This document shows positions 17,045-19,000 of a stretch of DNA of 19,000 nt, in pieces. The first letter of the stretch is position 1, and each line of letters starts with the position of its first letter. A program made the translations under genes and the position numbers. Source of the DNA: a bacterium. GTDB taxonomy: Bacteria; Eisenbacteria; RBG-16-71-46. Below the pieces are notes generated by a model. That model searched no databases. It was given only the letters and a program-made list of their open reading frames with translations, and was not told the DNA's origin. Where the stretch lies: positions 1-19,000 of the forward strand of contig JAYWEM010000131.1 of NCBI GenBank assembly GCA_043779265.1. The letters are read 5' to 3'.

Positions 17045-19000
17045 ATGACTCGACCGACCCGTCGTCTCGTTCGGAACGCACCCTGGCTGCTGGCTGCTGC
17101 CTCGCTCCTCGCGCTGCTCGCCGCGCGCCCTCGGCCGATCCCGCCGATCGTGTTCGTCTCGCGCCTGCCGGTGGCCGGCTCTGCCCTGGTGCCGGGAGTC
17201 GGCCCGGCCGGCCGCTTCGTGGGCGCGGGAGGCCGCCTGCTCGTGCGCGAAGCCGATGGCCGCCTGCGCGAACTCGCCGCCGGTCGCTTCTTCGATGTGA
17301 GCGACCCCGCGGTCTCCTACGACGGGCGCTCCATCGCATTCGCCGCGATCACGCATCGTGACAGCGCCTGGCGCATCTGGCGCATCCGCGCCGAGGGCAC
17401 CCAGCTCGCACCCGTCACGCGTGGCGACCGCTCCCTCGATCTGAAGTCGCGCTTCGGGGCCGAGGCGGAGCGCTTCGAACGCTACGACGACATCGATCCG
17501 TGCTGGTTGCCCGATGGGCGCCTCGTGTTCGCGAGCACGCGCTGGCCGTGGCGGGCGCAACAGGGACGCGTGCTCACGACGAACCTGTGGGTCGTGAACG
17601 CGGATGGCGGCGATCTCAAGCGCATCACGTCCGAGCGCAATGGCGCCGAGGAACCCTCGATCGACCCGAGCACCGGGCGCGTCGTCTACGCGCGCTGGTT
17701 CTTCTCACGATTCGCCGCATCCGACAGCGGCGTCACCACGGATCCCGCTCGCGCGATGCCCGCCGACACGATCGACTTCTGGCATGCGATCTCGGTGATG
17801 CCCGATGGCGACTTCGCCCGGTTGCAGGGCGGCGATCCGCGATCACGCATCGGCCAGATGGCGTATCAGCCGGTCGTGCTCGCGGACTCGACGCTCTATG
17901 GCGTTCGCGCGGAGCGTCCGAACCTCCTGCGACCGACGAGGTTCGGCTTGCAGCGCTGGAAGGGCGGATTCGCCAAGGCGGAGCCGTTGTTCGGTTACGG
18001 CGCTCCCAGGGGTTGGTCGGCGATCTCGCCCTGCCCGCTGCCCGATGGGCGCATGCTGTTCTCCTACGACGAAGACGGGACAGGCAACTTCAAGATCGTC
18101 CTGTGGGACGAGCGCCGCCGCATGGTGGAGCCGATCGTCGATGAACTCGGCCGGCTCGAGATGGATCCGGTCGTGCTCCTTGCACGAGCGAACCCGCCAC
18201 CGTTGCTCTATCCGCCCGCTCCCGAGGCCCCCGCCGAGCTGCCGCACGCCAGTACCGAGGCGTTGCTCCGGGATCCGGGGATGGCCCGCTTCGATTGTCT
18301 CAACATCTTCTCGAACGGCCCGGTGGACGGAGCGTTCCTCGATGCCCCCAAGCTCGCCAAGGGACTCCGGATCCGCTTCTTCACCGTCCTGCCGCGCCCG
18401 GACCTCGAGGGTGGGGACTCGCTCGTCCTGTTGCACGAGGCCCCGGTCTTCCCGGATGGCGCCGTGCATGTGGATGAGGTCCCCGCGAATGTTCCGACGT
18501 TCGAGCAGATCGTGGACTCCAATGGCCGTGTGATCTCCACCGGCTCGGGACCCGCGCATGTGCCGGGATTCAACTTCACTCGCCCCGGCTCCGGGACCAA
18601 GTGCGTCGGCTGCCACGCGGGCCACTCGGCGCTGCCGGTCGCGGAATCCAAGCGACTCGGGGCGTATACCAACTTCTCGCCCTCGGCGACCGTGACCGCT
18701 TCCTCCATTCATCCCTCGACGGAGAACTCCAGGGGCGCCGTCGACCGGCGTACGCTGGGCGAGGTGACCCAGGTCGCTTGGCTGGCTGACTCAGAGATAG
18801 CGCAATGGGTCAGGCTGGACTGGGAATTGGCTATCGAAACGGGAGCCGTCGTCCTCTATGCTGTGCGGGCTTCTAAGGCCGATGGCGGAGAACTGCGGGT
18901 TCCCCGCTCGGAATTGGTCCTGTTCCTGCAAGGAAAGGAAGTCAGGCGTGTCCCCGTCACTCGAGGGTGGACGCCTGGCGGGCTCCGGGTGGAGTTCCCT
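17045..19000 (+). CDS. HzsA-related secreted protein: TolB/PD40-type beta-propeller, hydrazine synthase alpha middle-domain-like region with CxxCH, then a discoidin (F5/8C)-like domain; 3' end lies outside the window
   Basis: Translated by hand, as it is absent from the ORF track (no stop in window); open for 652 codons. Signal-like MTRPTRRLVRNAPWLLAAASLLALLAA. Propeller blades DVSDPAVSYDGRSIAFA, DDIDPCWLPDGRLVFASTR, NLWVVNADGGDLKRIT, SPCPLPDGRMLFSY. Middle domain VPANVPTFEQIVDSNG...RPGSGTKCVGCH (18602-18616). Then ATVTASS...AW...QWVRLDW. Confidence 0.8.
   Translation, partial: MTRPTRRLVRNAPWLLAAASLLALLAARPRPIPPIVFVSRLPVAGSALVPGVGPAGRFVGAGGRLLVREADGRLRELAAGRFFDVSDPAVSYDGRSIAFAAITHRDSAWRIWRIRAEGTQLAPVTRGDRSLDLKSRFGAEAERFERYDDIDPCWLPDGRLVFASTRWPWRAQQGRVLTTNLWVVNADGGDLKRITSERNGAEEPSIDPSTGRVVYARWFFSRFAASDSGVTTDPARAMPADTIDFWHAISVMPDGDFARLQGGDPRSRIGQMAYQPVVLADSTLYGVRAERPNLLRPTRFGLQRWKGGFAKAEPLFGYGAPRGWSAISPCPLPDGRMLFSYDEDGTGNFKIVLWDERRRMVEPIVDELGRLEMDPVVLLARANPPPLLYPPAPEAPAELPHASTEALLRDPGMARFDCLNIFSNGPVDGAFLDAPKLAKGLRIRFFTVLPRPDLEGGDSLVLLHEAPVFPDGAVHVDEVPANVPTFEQIVDSNGRVISTGSGPAHVPGFNFTRPGSGTKCVGCHAGHSALPVAESKRLGAYTNFSPSATVTASSIHPSTENSRGAVDRRTLGEVTQVAWLADSEIAQWVRLDWELAIETGAVVLYAVRASKADGGELRVPRSELVLFLQGKEVRRVPVTRGWTPGGLRVEFP

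Noticed and set aside
16076..18712. Track ORFs 16076-17560 (-), 17500-18144 (+), 17805-18533 (+), 17843-18712 (-)
   Set aside because: All are shadows of the 16262 gene or of the unlisted frame starting at 17045, which has proper codon bias and domain motifs.
17045..19000. Anammox metabolism implied by the HzsA-like protein
   Set aside because: Only one CxxCH is visible, a discoidin-like domain follows, and no hzsB/hzsC gene lies upstream. HzsA-like folds occur outside anammox bacteria.

Overview
GC-rich bacterial chromosomal window with 15 supportable coding regions. The gene mix suggests an FCB-associated candidate lineage such as Ca. Eisenbacteria (inference only). In order: a 5'-truncated C25 (gingipain/PorU-like) peptidase with a T9SS-type/FlgD-Ig C-terminal domain; a secreted HEAT-repeat/cyclophilin fusion; a small secreted protein; a nucleoside-type ABC transporter (ATPase plus 2 permeases); a secreted protein ending STWGRIKSLYR; a class V PLP enzyme; a DUF222-like/HNH endonuclease gene frameshifted by an exact 10-bp duplication; a minus-strand tdk - BMP lipoprotein - MBL hydrolase - PP2C cluster; a second secreted protein ending TTWGSLKTQYR; and a 3'-truncated beta-propeller/CxxCH protein resembling hydrazine synthase alpha, which the ORF track missed. 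Highlights are the C-terminal [ST]WGx[IL]KxxYR tail shared by two otherwise dissimilar secreted proteins (candidate protein-sorting signal, near a PorU-like peptidase), the HNH element with a RuvA-C-like tail, the HzsA-like haem protein, and several apparently leaderless genes. No rRNA, tRNA or CRISPR array was seen.
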